Source: an uncultured Pseudobdellovibrionaceae bacterium
GTDB taxonomy: Bacteria; Pseudomonadota; Alphaproteobacteria; Micavibrionales; Micavibrionaceae
DNA length: 63,190 nt
Assembly (NCBI GenBank): GCA_964654245.1
Contig: CAZZGO010000001.1
Coordinates: forward strand, 1-63,190
Direction of reading: 5' to 3'
The position numbers and the translations under genes were made by a program. The notes below the pieces were generated by a model. It made no database searches. It was not told the origin of the DNA and worked only from the letters and a program-made list of their open reading frames with translations. Shown here in pieces: positions 48,541 through 58,524 of the stretch; position 1 is the stretch's first letter; the number at the start of each line of letters is the position of its first letter.

Positions 48541-49092
48541 ATGAACGATTCACAGGATGATGTCCTGACCTTCTGGTTTGAAGAAACTCAGCCCGCGCAA
48601 TGGTTTCAGGTCAATCCCGATTTTGATCAAGCGGTGCGTGATCGTTTTTCAGACACGTATGACAAGGGACAACGCGGTATTCTGGATGATTGGCGACGGG
48701 ATGCGGATGGGTGTCTGGCGCTCTGTCTGGTGTTAGATCAATTTCCCCGGAATATGTTTCGCGGTACATCCCAGGCATTTGCCACGGATGCCAAGGCACT
48801 GGTGGTATCAAAATATGCCGTGGCCAAGGGGTTTGATCAGGTATTGCCGCCCTTGAAACGCCGTTTTCTTTATTTACCCTATGAGCATAGTGAGCATTTG
48901 GGCGATCAGCGAAAATGTGTCGAACTATTCGAAAAGATGAAAAAAGATGATCCGCTGGGGCATGAATATGCGCTCAAGCACCTCAAGGTGATTGAACTTT
49001 ATGGCCGCTTTCCCCACCGTAACAAAATTTTAGGCCGGATGAATACCCCGGAAGAAGAGACCTATCTTGCGCAGGCGGGCGCAGGCTTTTAG
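48541..49092 (+). CDS. DUF924-family protein (copy 2)
   Basis: Translation is identical to 44853..45404. Confidence 0.7.
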   Translation: MNDSQDDVLTFWFEETQPAQWFQVNPDFDQAVRDRFSDTYDKGQRGILDDWRRDADGCLALCLVLDQFPRNMFRGTSQAFATDAKALVVSKYAVAKGFDQVLPPLKRRFLYLPYEHSEHLGDQRKCVELFEKMKKDDPLGHEYALKHLKVIELYGRFPHRNKILGRMNTPEEETYLAQAGAGF

Positions 49093-49124
49093 AATCATAT
49101 GAATTTTAAGGAGTCTCTGAACTG

Positions 49125-50810
49125 ATGACACCCACCATAGTGCTCATACATATTATTGCTGGCGTATGCCTTTTGTTGTGGGGGGTCAAGCTCCTTCGCT
49201 CTGGTGTGACCAAGGGGTTTGGGGCTTTGTTGCGCCGCGTGCTCTCCGCGAGTACCAGTAATAGATACAAATCTTTCTTATCCGGACTCGTGATTACGAC
49301 GTTTCTGCAAAGCTCTATGGCGACCACGTTGATTGTGTCGTCTTTTGCGGGGCAGGGGATGATTACGGCGGGGATGGGCATTGCGGTTGTCTTAGGGGCA
49401 GATGTCGGGACGACGCTCGTGGCACAGGCACTCTCACTCAATATGGGGCTTCTTTCGCCTATTCTTATGATTGTCGGCTATGTTCTGTATTCCTTTGAAT
49501 CAAATGGGAAGTTAAAAAACCTTGGCCGAATTGCCGTTGGGCTATCCCTCATGATCATGGCACTCGCCTTGATCCGTGAAGGGGCAGAGCCTCTGAAAGA
49601 CTCCGAAACATTGCCGCTTATTTTGGCACCTTTGGAAAGCGATCCGTTCTTTGCGGTACTTGTCGCGGCGTTGCTCACGTGGATTGCCCACTCATCTCTG
49701 GCGATCGTGTTATTGTTGATGTCGCTGGTGGCCGGCGGTGCCTTGCCCATGATGCTGGGGCTTTATATGGTATTGGGCGCTAATGTGGGGGGGACGATTG
49801 CTCCCTTAATCGCGACACTCCGCGATAACCCCAACGCGCTTCGTATTCCGCTGGGGAATATGTTGATACGGGTGATTGGCGTGTGCGCGGCTATTCCCTT
49901 TTTACATTATATACATCCGCTTTTGTTCGAAATTGACCCCACCCCGGAACGGGAAATTGTCAACTTCCACTTGGCTTTTAATTTGGCGTTGGCCATCGTA
50001 TTCCTGCCCTTTGTCAATATCATCAGTGAATTGTTAAAACGGGCATTGCCGGATCGGCTTCAGCCCGAAGAGCCCGGAAAATCAAAATATCTGAATGACA
50101 AGGATCTGGACACGCCTTCTGTGGCTTTGTCATCGGCGATGCGGGAAACCTTACGCATGGCCGACCTGATGGAAAAGATGCTTCAGGATACCATGACGGT
50201 TTTCAAGACCAATGACGAACGTCTGCTGGATAAAATCAAGGAAGAAGATAATACGCTGGATCAAATTTATGGCCAGATTAAAAACTATATGGCGCGGCTG
50301 ACCCAAGGGTCCATGGATAAAAAAGAGGCGGCACGTTATTTCCAGATTTTAATGTTCTCCACCAATTTGGAACATGCCGGGGATGTCATTGATAAAAACC
50401 TGATGCCGCTCGCGCAGAAGAAAATTAAAAACCAGTTTAGTTTCTCGCCGGAAGGATTAAAAGAAATTGAGCATATGCACGGCTTGATTGTCGAAAGCGT
50501 GAGGCTGGCGCAATCTGTTTTTGTCTCACAGGATGTGAATATGGCGCGTAAAATGCTGGAGGACAAAGATATCATCCGCAAAGCCGAAACAGACGGTATG
50601 TCCACGCATATTGAGCGTCTTCGCGGCGGGGTGCCGGAGACAATTGCAACCAGCTCACTTCATTTAGACATCATTCGTGATTATCGCCGCATTAACACCT
50701 ATATGTGCACCGTGGCGTATCCGATCCTTGAGGAAAAAGGACAAATCAACCCAAGCCGCCTAAGACCGCAAGAAATAAAAATGACCTTGGATGATGAGGT
50801 GAAATTATGA
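49125..50810 (+). CDS. Na/Pi cotransporter family protein with PhoU-like domain (copy 2)
   Basis: Translation is identical to 45437..47122. Confidence 0.8.
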   Translation: MTPTIVLIHIIAGVCLLLWGVKLLRSGVTKGFGALLRRVLSASTSNRYKSFLSGLVITTFLQSSMATTLIVSSFAGQGMITAGMGIAVVLGADVGTTLVAQALSLNMGLLSPILMIVGYVLYSFESNGKLKNLGRIAVGLSLMIMALALIREGAEPLKDSETLPLILAPLESDPFFAVLVAALLTWIAHSSLAIVLLLMSLVAGGALPMMLGLYMVLGANVGGTIAPLIATLRDNPNALRIPLGNMLIRVIGVCAAIPFLHYIHPLLFEIDPTPEREIVNFHLAFNLALAIVFLPFVNIISELLKRALPDRLQPEEPGKSKYLNDKDLDTPSVALSSAMRETLRMADLMEKMLQDTMTVFKTNDERLLDKIKEEDNTLDQIYGQIKNYMARLTQGSMDKKEAARYFQILMFSTNLEHAGDVIDKNLMPLAQKKIKNQFSFSPEGLKEIEHMHGLIVESVRLAQSVFVSQDVNMARKMLEDKDIIRKAETDGMSTHIERLRGGVPETIATSSLHLDIIRDYRRINTYMCTVAYPILEEKGQINPSRLRPQEIKMTLDDEVKL

Positions 50811-52321
50811 GTACCCTCTATCAGGAAATTTTATCGGCTAATGGTTTAAATGGGCTTAAAACAGGTGGTCTGGTTGTCCGCACACCCATAGATGGGACGG
50901 TTTTGGCTAAACTCTCCACCCAAACCCCGGCACAGGTTGTGTCGGCGGTTAAAAAATCCCAGTCTGCTTTTTTATCATGGCGCACGGTACCCGCACCTGT
51001 GCGCGGGGAATTGATACGTTTATGGGGCGAAGAATTACGCCGGGAAAAAGAAAATCTGGGTAAACTCATTACGCTTGAATGCGGAAAAATCCTCTCTGAG
51101 GGGCGCGGCGAAGTTCAGGAAATGATTGATATCTGCGATTTTGCCGTGGGATTGTCCCGCCAGCTATATGGTCTGACGATTGCGTCGGAACGTCCCGGTC
51201 ATCATATGCGTGAAACATGGCAACCTCTAGGGACAATCGGCGTGATCACGGCCTTTAATTTTCCGGCCGCCGTGTGGGCGTGGAATACGGCTCTTGCCAT
51301 TATTTGTGGAAACCCGGTCATTTGGAAACCTTCGGAAAAAACGCCCCTGACAGCAATATCCTGCGCGCGTATTTTTGATCGTTCCATTAAACGGTTTCGT
51401 GAAAATGGACAGGCGGTTCCTGAACATCTCTCTCAGGTGATCATCGGCGGCGCAGAGGCAGGGCAGGTGTTGGTGGATCATCCCCATGTTCCCCTAATCA
51501 GTGCCACGGGGAGCACCCGTATGGGGCGTATCGTGGGGGAACGTGTGGCCAGACGTTTGGGTAAATCGCTTTTGGAATTGGGCGGCAATAACGCCATGGT
51601 GGTCACGCCCACGGCGGATTTGGATATGGCGGTTCGTGCTATTTTATTCGGCGCGGTGGGTACGGCAGGACAACGTTGTACAACCTTGCGCCGGTTGATT
51701 GTGCATCGTTCAATCAAAACAAAACTTCTATCTGCGTTGAAAAAAGCCTATGGATCTATCCGCGTGGGCTCCCCCTTAAACCCGCAAACACTGGTAGGTC
51801 CGTTGATTGACGCGGCATCTGCCAAGGCCATGCAGGGGGCATTAAAAAAAGCCGTTCAGTCAGGCGGGAAAATTTTATCCGGCGGTGATCCCGTCATCGT
51901 CAAAGGATGTGAGAAGGGAGCGTATGTTCGACCTGCCTTGGTGGAGATGCCGCATCAGGCCGATATTGTTCGCCATGAAACCTTTGCGCCCATTTTATAT
52001 GTCATGACGTATGATACGCTGGATCAGGCGATTGAGATTCAAAATGATGTTCCGCAAGGCTTGTCTTCCTGTATTTTTACGCGTGACGTCAGAGAATCAG
52101 AGTTTTTCTTATCTTCCGCCGGAAGCGATTGCGGCATTGCGAATGTGAATATTGGTCCCAGTGGTGCCGAAATTGGCGGTGCGTTTGGCGGCGAAAAAGA
52201 AACCGGTGGCGGCCGGGAAAGTGGGTCTGATTCCTGGAAGGTCTATATGCGCCGCCAGACACAGACGGTGAATTATTCATCGGCGTTGCCGTTGGCGCAG
52301 GGCGTTGTGTTCGATCTTTAG
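50807..52321 (+). CDS. aldehyde dehydrogenase, ALDH7 (alpha-aminoadipic/piperideine-6-carboxylate semialdehyde dehydrogenase)-like, intact copy
   Basis: 504 aa with FNFPAAVWAWN, ELGGNNAMVV, and GTAGQRCTTLRRL (catalytic Cys in the context typical of ALDH7). Confidence 0.8.
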   Translation: MSTLYQEILSANGLNGLKTGGLVVRTPIDGTVLAKLSTQTPAQVVSAVKKSQSAFLSWRTVPAPVRGELIRLWGEELRREKENLGKLITLECGKILSEGRGEVQEMIDICDFAVGLSRQLYGLTIASERPGHHMRETWQPLGTIGVITAFNFPAAVWAWNTALAIICGNPVIWKPSEKTPLTAISCARIFDRSIKRFRENGQAVPEHLSQVIIGGAEAGQVLVDHPHVPLISATGSTRMGRIVGERVARRLGKSLLELGGNNAMVVTPTADLDMAVRAILFGAVGTAGQRCTTLRRLIVHRSIKTKLLSALKKAYGSIRVGSPLNPQTLVGPLIDAASAKAMQGALKKAVQSGGKILSGGDPVIVKGCEKGAYVRPALVEMPHQADIVRHETFAPILYVMTYDTLDQAIEIQNDVPQGLSSCIFTRDVRESEFFLSSAGSDCGIANVNIGPSGAEIGGAFGGEKETGGGRESGSDSWKVYMRRQTQTVNYSSALPLAQGVVFDL

Positions 52322-52577
52322 GCGTACCGATTCGCGTCCTTTTTCATCATTTTTTAAGATATTTAATGACATAATTATGATTGTGTCTTGGATTTTTCCT
52401 ATATTTCAGGTCGACGGGCTTTCACCTTAACATGCTGGAAGATCGGTCAGATTCTTCATATCAGTTTTTTCTGACATAAGATCCTGATTCTCCTCCTTTG
52501 CAGGTACCCCCACCCTTGAGGTATAGTAATAGTCACTAAGCAAAAATAAACCAATATGAACGAAAGGGAATTTTCAC

Positions 52578-52778
52578 ATGAGTGATCGTCACGTTTCCTC
52601 TGCTTTGCCTGCCCGCGTTGAAGCTTTACGCGCCCGCCATTCCGCACTTTCACGAAAAATTGAAAGCGAACAAATTAGACCCTCCAGCAGTGATTGGTAT
52701 CTGAAGGATCTCAAGCGGCAAAAGCTAAAAATTAAAGAAGAGCTTGAAGTGTTGAAAGACGGTACGCGCTCACATTAA
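52578..52778 (+). CDS. DUF465 (YdcH-like) small protein
   Basis: 66 aa with LRARHSALSRKIESEQIRPSSSDWYLKDLKRQKLKIKEELE. Confidence 0.7.
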   Translation: MSDRHVSSALPARVEALRARHSALSRKIESEQIRPSSSDWYLKDLKRQKLKIKEELEVLKDGTRSH

Positions 52779-52796
52779 TAAATCTCTTTAATCCGT

Positions 52797-52827
52797 TAAA
52801 AAAACGACCCTTTTCAGGGTCGTTTTG
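52797..52827. terminator. bidirectional rho-independent terminator
   Basis: A-run, acgaccc-ttttca-gggtcgt hairpin, then TTT. It lies between convergent genes. Confidence 0.6.
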
Positions 52828-52856
52828 CGTTGTAATCCCTGTGCAGAGCCAAAAGG

Positions 52857-53564
52857 CTAATTATTGCCTGACCCTGACTTGTTGTTGGATAGGAAGTTCG
52901 AGAAATCGAAGCCAGCAAATAATTTTTTATTATCATCCGCCTGTTCCTGAGGTTGGTTCTGAGCTTCCAGTTCTTTCTGACGTTGTGCCTTGACGGTCTC
53001 TGGATCCTTGCCTTGGGCTTTTAGTCCTTTGATGGACGAAGCCTCAAGTTCCTTATAGCTACACAAACCCAGCTCGGCCGGGTTGCGGGGGCGTAAATTG
53101 GCAGAATTGGGATGACTCCGGTCCCGTACGGCGGCAATCGTGGGTTTGGTTGTACCAACCAATTTGACGATCTGGGCATCCGAAATTTCGGGATGATGCT
53201 TGATGATCCACGCAATGGCGTCTGGTTTATCACTTCGTTTGGATACGGGGGTATATTTAGGGCCTTTGGCGCGGGTCTTGATGATCGGCATGTCACGTGA
53301 TGCACGTTTCATGACCATGCGGTAATCTGGGTCGGCATTGGCTTTTTGCAGTTCTTCTGCTTCGATTTCATGGTGCATGACCGGATCACGTCCCACCAAT
53401 CCACGGCTGACATCTTCATCGGCCAAGGCTTGAACTTCAATCGCATGAAGGCCTGTAAAATCGGCGATCTGGCCAAATGTCAGGCCGGTATTATCAATCA
53501 ACCATACGGCTGTGGCTTTGGGCATCAGCAGTTTGGGGGCATCCATGGGTTTGCTCATCGGCAA
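52857..53564 (-). CDS. DUF1013-family protein (TrcR-like cell-cycle regulator family)
   Basis: 235 aa. PKATAVWLIDNTGLTFGQIADFTGLHAIEVQALADE ... PDAIAWIIKHHPEISDAQIVKLVGTTKPTIAAVRDRSHPN shows two HTH-like repeats typical of DUF1013. The family name is from memory. Confidence 0.6.
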   Translation of the reverse strand: MPMSKPMDAPKLLMPKATAVWLIDNTGLTFGQIADFTGLHAIEVQALADEDVSRGLVGRDPVMHHEIEAEELQKANADPDYRMVMKRASRDMPIIKTRAKGPKYTPVSKRSDKPDAIAWIIKHHPEISDAQIVKLVGTTKPTIAAVRDRSHPNSANLRPRNPAELGLCSYKELEASSIKGLKAQGKDPETVKAQRQKELEAQNQPQEQADDNKKLFAGFDFSNFLSNNKSGSGNN

Positions 53565-53749
53565 TAACTCCTGTTATATTTTTTCAATCACCCCAATCAG
53601 ACATAGATCTTCGGGGTCGATCCGTTCCCTAACCGGATCAACTGTTTCGACGATATTCATGTCGGGGGAATGACATGAAATATACCCATTTCCATCGTGA
53701 TTGCAAGCTTTTCAAGACAAAACCATGCGATTTTGATAGAATTTGTCCC

Positions 53750-53932
53750 ATGTTCGACGAAGATCTTGACCCTAAAAAGAAAAAACAAGCTTTAAAAAAT
53801 CTGGAGCCGATGTCTCTAGATGAGCTCACGGCCTATATCCAGTCCATGGAAGCCGAAATGGTACGCGTCAAAGCGGAAATTGAACGAAAAAAAGCATATT
53901 TGAACGCCGCCGCCACTTTTTTTAAATCCTGA
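53750..53932 (+). CDS. DUF1192-family small protein
   Basis: The ORF was trimmed to ATG 53750 (MFDEDLDPKKKKQALKNLEPMSLDELTAYIQSMEAEMVRVKAEIERKK). Confidence 0.6.
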   Translation: MFDEDLDPKKKKQALKNLEPMSLDELTAYIQSMEAEMVRVKAEIERKKAYLNAAATFFKS

Positions 53933-54038
53933 TTGGATGTGTTTTGACAGGTTGATTGCCGGCTTGCAGTCATCAGGTGAACGGCGTATGCTTTGGCCTT
54001 ATTTCACCTTTTTGAAAACTGATTGAAGGATTGTCCCG

Positions 54039-54470
54039 ATGGATGAGATTGAACAAAGATTACGCACATCATCCGAAACCTGCATCAAGAATTATGAGGC
54101 ATGGCGCAAGGATCAGAAAAATATCCCGGCGCGCGAAATGCTTCAGGAAGCTGTCCATGAATTGCGTAAGGTTGCGTCCCGCCTTGAAATTGAAATGGCC
54201 GTGAGCGAACGTGACCAGATGTCGGATCGTCCTCTGTTGATCCCGCCGCACAGATCGTCTCAACGTCCTCGCCGTCCCGAAGGGGCAGGAGATGATATGC
54301 CGGGTGATGATGCGGGTAATCATGGCGGGGGAAATGCCTCTCACGGGGGTGGGGCACCGCAAGGCGGGGGACAAAACCGTCCGCCGTTTAGCCGGAACAA
54401 TAATAATGCCGGACGCGGGCGTCGCCCGATGCCCAGTGGCGGGGGAAACCGCACGCCTCAAGGCGAATAA
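54039..54470 (+). CDS. hypothetical protein with helical N-terminal half and Gly/Arg/Asn-rich disordered tail
   Basis: 143-aa ORF with no recognisable motif. Codon usage looks coding-like, and competing antisense ORFs are present. Confidence 0.4.
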   Translation: MDEIEQRLRTSSETCIKNYEAWRKDQKNIPAREMLQEAVHELRKVASRLEIEMAVSERDQMSDRPLLIPPHRSSQRPRRPEGAGDDMPGDDAGNHGGGNASHGGGAPQGGGQNRPPFSRNNNNAGRGRRPMPSGGGNRTPQGE

Positions 54471-54491
54471 GATCAGCCGGGAGTTGATTCC

Positions 54492-55211
54492 TTAAAACGT
54501 ATCTTTTTGCGCGCGGAGCTTGGCAAACTCTGCGGCGTCTTTAACGCGTAAAAAAACATTGGTCTCTTTTTCCAGACCCATCGTTGTGGGAAGTGTCGGG
54601 AGACCGAGAGCCCTTAAATCACGAACCGTTTCCAAACGCCGCTTTAATGCCGCGTTGTCTGGTTCAATCATAAGACCAAATTTACCATTGGATTGTGTAT
54701 ATTCATGGCCGCAATATATCTGTGTGCCGTCAGCCAGTTGTTTGAGCGTCAAAAGCGATTGCCACATTTGTTCTGGCGTTCCCTCTAAAATTCGGCCACA
54801 TCCCATGGAAAATAACGTATCGCCGCAAAAAAGAATATGGTTTTTGGCATCATGAAAACAGATATGCCCCCGTGTATGGCCCGGTGTTTCTATCACGTGA
54901 ATCACATCATCCCCGAATTGAATCTGATCGCCATTTCGTACACCTACATCTATGTTCGGAATTCGGTTTCTTTCGGATTCCGGGGCAAACAGGCGCGCCC
55001 CGTATCGTGATTTTAATTCGGCATTGCCGCCGATATGGTCAGTATGATGATGCGTATTAAAAATATGTGTAGGTGTTAATTTCAGGAACTCAAGTTGCTT
55101 GATGACCGGCAAGGCCTCACCCGGATCAATGACCGCACATTGCGTGCCAGAAACAAATATATAGGCATAGTTATCATCAAGAATGGGAATGATATGCACA
55201 GCGTGTGTCAT
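54492..55211 (-). CDS. gloB: hydroxyacylglutathione hydrolase (glyoxalase II)
   Basis: 239 aa with the metallo-beta-lactamase motif NTHHHTDHIGGN, then GHTRGHI, and CGHEYT. Confidence 0.88.
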   Translation of the reverse strand: MTHAVHIIPILDDNYAYIFVSGTQCAVIDPGEALPVIKQLEFLKLTPTHIFNTHHHTDHIGGNAELKSRYGARLFAPESERNRIPNIDVGVRNGDQIQFGDDVIHVIETPGHTRGHICFHDAKNHILFCGDTLFSMGCGRILEGTPEQMWQSLLTLKQLADGTQIYCGHEYTQSNGKFGLMIEPDNAALKRRLETVRDLRALGLPTLPTTMGLEKETNVFLRVKDAAEFAKLRAQKDTF

Positions 55212-56074
55212 GGGAGGGCTTTTTCCCCCGTACCAATTTCATGAGTATCCAAGGCATCGGCGAGACGTTTTTCTGCGCTTCCGGGGCGAAGGGGTTTTTG
55301 CTGGCTGTCATGCGCCTGCCAGCCGCAGGCGTAAAGAATATCAAATGTCGCGGGTATTCGGCCATCATCTTGGGCATATTGGGTACGATAAATCTGCTCG
55401 GCGTTTTGCCAAACGGTCCGCGACAACCTAGGGCGTGCTGAGGGCGAGAAGGGGTTCCCTTCCCCCATGCCCCGCAGATCATGAATCAGTTTTAAAGGAT
55501 TAGAATACGTCACCGTGATTTTGTCATGATCCACCACAGGCAAGGTAAATTGAGCCCGCTGCATAAGGGCCGACATATCCTGAAGGGAGATCAGGGGCGC
55601 AAGTCGGCGCGCCAAACCGCCCCCTTGTTCCATATCTGCACCCGCGAGCGCGGTACGAAGCTCCCATAATGTTTCCCCGCCCATCAGGCCGGCGATAAAA
55701 AAACCATCCGGTTTTAAACTTTGCCGAAGTTGCCAGAGCGCCCCCGGCACATCATTCAGAATATGTATCGATAGCGGGCATAAGATCAGATCAAATTGTT
55801 GTGCCCTAAAGGGCAGTTGATCTGGCGTGCCGATTACCGTGGATTGGGGGGATATATCCAGCACTGTCACAGGCTTGTTATAGAAAGATTCAATGTGTTG
55901 TGCGAGGGGGGGCATGCCCACCATCAGGATATGTTCAAAAGACCGTTTGACCATATTAAGACGCCCCAGCATTTCATGAAGCACACGGCGATGCAGAAAA
56001 TCATACTGGGAAAAATGGTGCGCCGCCCGGATTTTATTCTGCCGCAGAGCGGTGAGAGAAAAAAGCGATGTCAT
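55208..56074 (-). CDS. methyltransferase-fold protein (BioC/NDUFAF5-like) with degenerate SAM motif I
   Basis: 288 aa with FDLILCPLSIHILNDVPGALWQLRQSLKPDGFFIAGLMGGETLWELR. The expected GxGxG block reads ILMVGMPPL. It has a 4-nt overlap with gloB and a 1-nt overlap with the upstream gene. Confidence 0.6.
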   Translation of the reverse strand: MTSLFSLTALRQNKIRAAHHFSQYDFLHRRVLHEMLGRLNMVKRSFEHILMVGMPPLAQHIESFYNKPVTVLDISPQSTVIGTPDQLPFRAQQFDLILCPLSIHILNDVPGALWQLRQSLKPDGFFIAGLMGGETLWELRTALAGADMEQGGGLARRLAPLISLQDMSALMQRAQFTLPVVDHDKITVTYSNPLKLIHDLRGMGEGNPFSPSARPRLSRTVWQNAEQIYRTQYAQDDGRIPATFDILYACGWQAHDSQQKPLRPGSAEKRLADALDTHEIGTGEKALP

Positions 56075-58524
56075 TATCGGCCGGGCGGGCTGTTTTCGAA
56101 GGGACGATAAAATGTGTCAACTTCTGAGGCCTTTAGAGCAATAGGTTGACTGAGCGCTTGTACGCGCGAGTGACTGAAATCAGACCGAGGGCTATGTTCA
56201 CTGTTGAGTCCGAGCCCCGAGCGATAGGCAAGCGCAACAACCCGCATAAAGCTGTAATAATTATCGAGATATAAAAGCTCGTTCAAATGATACAGGGGGC
56301 AGTATTTCGTGGGCCCGTGTGTGCGTCCTATTTTCCGCCAACCGGTTGATCCCGCCGTACTGACGGCAAAGGGGTAAATTCGTCTCGGAGTGACGCCCGC
56401 ATGACAGAAATAGCTTTCCCCCATTTTTGACACACAGTCGATCTGGACTTCAAATTTTTCGGCAATGTATTTGCGAGCCAGTTCCATATTGGTGATGTCC
56501 TTGGGCAACGCCAGTGACGGACAAGTTAAAATATATCCATTACCCTTATAGCGTTGTGGTACAGGTAAAAATTGTTCAATAACGCCCGCCATGACCTCGC
56601 CATTGATTTTCTTGGTCAGCGGCAGAACGACGGCCACATTCAGGCTTTCCTGCTGTGGGATAACAAAACTCATATCCTTTGAGGCAAGTCCCGTAATGCC
56701 GCCGCTTTGGGTTTGGCCTTCGTCCACAAAGACGGACTGAATGGTTTTTAATTGCCCTGCATTGCCGCGTACTTCCTTGAAGCGATGATCTTTCATCGCA
56801 AGATTACGGACAATTTCATCTAGTTTGGTTGTGTCTTCAATATGTTCTTCTTGAAGAATAAGCGGTGTTTCTGTCCAGGATTGATAGGGGATATTCATTT
56901 TTTGATACAGAGCCAGTATCTGTATTTCAAGTCGGCTGGAAGGGATTAATCCCACACCTATGGCATTTAGAATGATTTGCGCGTCTATTTCTTTTAAATG
57001 ACCGCGAGTCGAAAATCCCTGCAAATCATCAATAACCGGTGGCGGTGAGTGGCTTCGGCTATTGGCATCAATGCGCAGGTACTTGGTTTCAATGCGCTCA
57101 TCAATACTATCGGGAGCCGGGTAGAACCCCGGGCCGTCCTCAAGGGATGTTCCCATCTCAGGCTTAAGTCCCAAATAATCTTGAGAGAAATGAAGCAGTG
57201 ACCTCATATCACCCGGCTTCATGTCATGCAGTATATGTTGTGGGACGGCCAGAGCTTCGATCATATGGCCTGACCATCTTTTCCCATCCAGATTAGGAAC
57301 TCCCCGGGGTACGGCATTTGTAATGCATCGCGGGATACCTTCATGCACAAAGACATTCAACGCGCCCGTATCCGTTATCCTGTAAGGCAGGATCTCGGTC
57401 GTTTCGACGCCGCGAAAGACAACATCCAGCAGGCGTCCAGTGACATCATCGCGCATGGCCGAAATTCTAAAACTGGATTGAGATTTTTTTGAAGGCTTGC
57501 GTTCCTGAAGTACCAGAGATTGGCGTTCTGCATTTTTTGTGGCAAGGGCTATAAAACTTGTCGGCGGTGGCCCTAAAGGTGTTCCTTCTTCGGAAAGAAG
57601 TTTAAATTTTTTATCAAATCTATTTTTAATGATTTGAGGATCCCAATGTGGGGCGGTGTATAAAACACGCATGCCCAATCCATTTAAGGTACGCCGGAAT
57701 TCCTGCCCTGTAAAAAAGGCGTATTCTTTCTGAAGTTCTGTTTCCCAGGAATCGCGGTTATTTTTGCGCAGGACGAATTCATGTGCCCATTTTGCCGGAA
57801 GGCGGAATAAACGTGTGCGCGGGAATCGTGCCGGTAGTTCTTCAAGATAGAAACCACGGCAGTTTTCATCGTCCCGAGGGCGTGCTTGCTCTGAATAACG
57901 TATTAACAAGTCAGATTCCGACATATCCGCAATGGTTTGGCCGCCGGGTTTATCTGGCATTTCAATCAAAACCAGATCCTCGGATTGACGGGCATGGTCA
58001 CGGATCAATAACTGCCCCCCCTGACGGAGCATGTCATATTGCCGCTCCAAAAGCATATGAACCGTTTTTTCACTGCATCCTGAAGATGAATATACTTCGT
58101 ATAAGGTAAAATTATTGATGATGGCATCCAAAGAGTTTTTAGGGATGAAACTATCGTGAATATCTCCACAGATGAATTGAAGATTGGGTAATGAAAACAG
58201 ATCCTGCGCTTTGCGGATGGCCTTTTTATCCCGATCTATGCCGATAAATTTCATCTGGGGGTTCATGACGGCCATAGCATAGGTCAGCATGCCTTCATGA
58301 CAGCCAGCATCTAAAATGCGCGAACCGTTTTCCAAGACCAGATGCGCCATGATGAACCATGCACTTCGTGCCACGGAATTCGGAATATCGACAGCCGGCG
58401 GCAGAGAAGAGGTTGCAGGCGAGGAGGAAGAAATATCCGGCGAAGGATCGTCAACAGAAGGCATATCCGCGGAGCCTGGTGCCACGCGTTCCATTTTTTC
58501 GCGAATGGTTTTCACCTTGATCAT
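56074..58524 (-). CDS. 816-aa fusion protein: N-terminal class I SAM methyltransferase plus ~550-aa uncharacterised C-terminal region
   Basis: SRILDAGCHEGMLTYAMAVMNPQMKFIGIDRD...FICGDIHD...LRQGGQLLIRDH defines the MTase. I could not assign the remainder, though two segments look vaguely Nudix-fold-like without a Nudix box. Confidence 0.6.
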   Translation of the reverse strand: MIKVKTIREKMERVAPGSADMPSVDDPSPDISSSSPATSSLPPAVDIPNSVARSAWFIMAHLVLENGSRILDAGCHEGMLTYAMAVMNPQMKFIGIDRDKKAIRKAQDLFSLPNLQFICGDIHDSFIPKNSLDAIINNFTLYEVYSSSGCSEKTVHMLLERQYDMLRQGGQLLIRDHARQSEDLVLIEMPDKPGGQTIADMSESDLLIRYSEQARPRDDENCRGFYLEELPARFPRTRLFRLPAKWAHEFVLRKNNRDSWETELQKEYAFFTGQEFRRTLNGLGMRVLYTAPHWDPQIIKNRFDKKFKLLSEEGTPLGPPPTSFIALATKNAERQSLVLQERKPSKKSQSSFRISAMRDDVTGRLLDVVFRGVETTEILPYRITDTGALNVFVHEGIPRCITNAVPRGVPNLDGKRWSGHMIEALAVPQHILHDMKPGDMRSLLHFSQDYLGLKPEMGTSLEDGPGFYPAPDSIDERIETKYLRIDANSRSHSPPPVIDDLQGFSTRGHLKEIDAQIILNAIGVGLIPSSRLEIQILALYQKMNIPYQSWTETPLILQEEHIEDTTKLDEIVRNLAMKDHRFKEVRGNAGQLKTIQSVFVDEGQTQSGGITGLASKDMSFVIPQQESLNVAVVLPLTKKINGEVMAGVIEQFLPVPQRYKGNGYILTCPSLALPKDITNMELARKYIAEKFEVQIDCVSKMGESYFCHAGVTPRRIYPFAVSTAGSTGWRKIGRTHGPTKYCPLYHLNELLYLDNYYSFMRVVALAYRSGLGLNSEHSPRSDFSHSRVQALSQPIALKASEVDTFYRPFENSPPGR

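Larger units (their letters stand above)
48104..51772 (+). repeat. tandem direct repeat, copy B (3,669 bp)
   Basis: See copy A. Confidence 0.95.

Noticed and set aside
54039-54470. Gly/Arg/Asn-rich 143-aa protein as something functionally special
   Set aside because: Only the low-complexity composition stands out, with no motif or informative neighbourhood. It is kept as a low-confidence hypothetical CDS.
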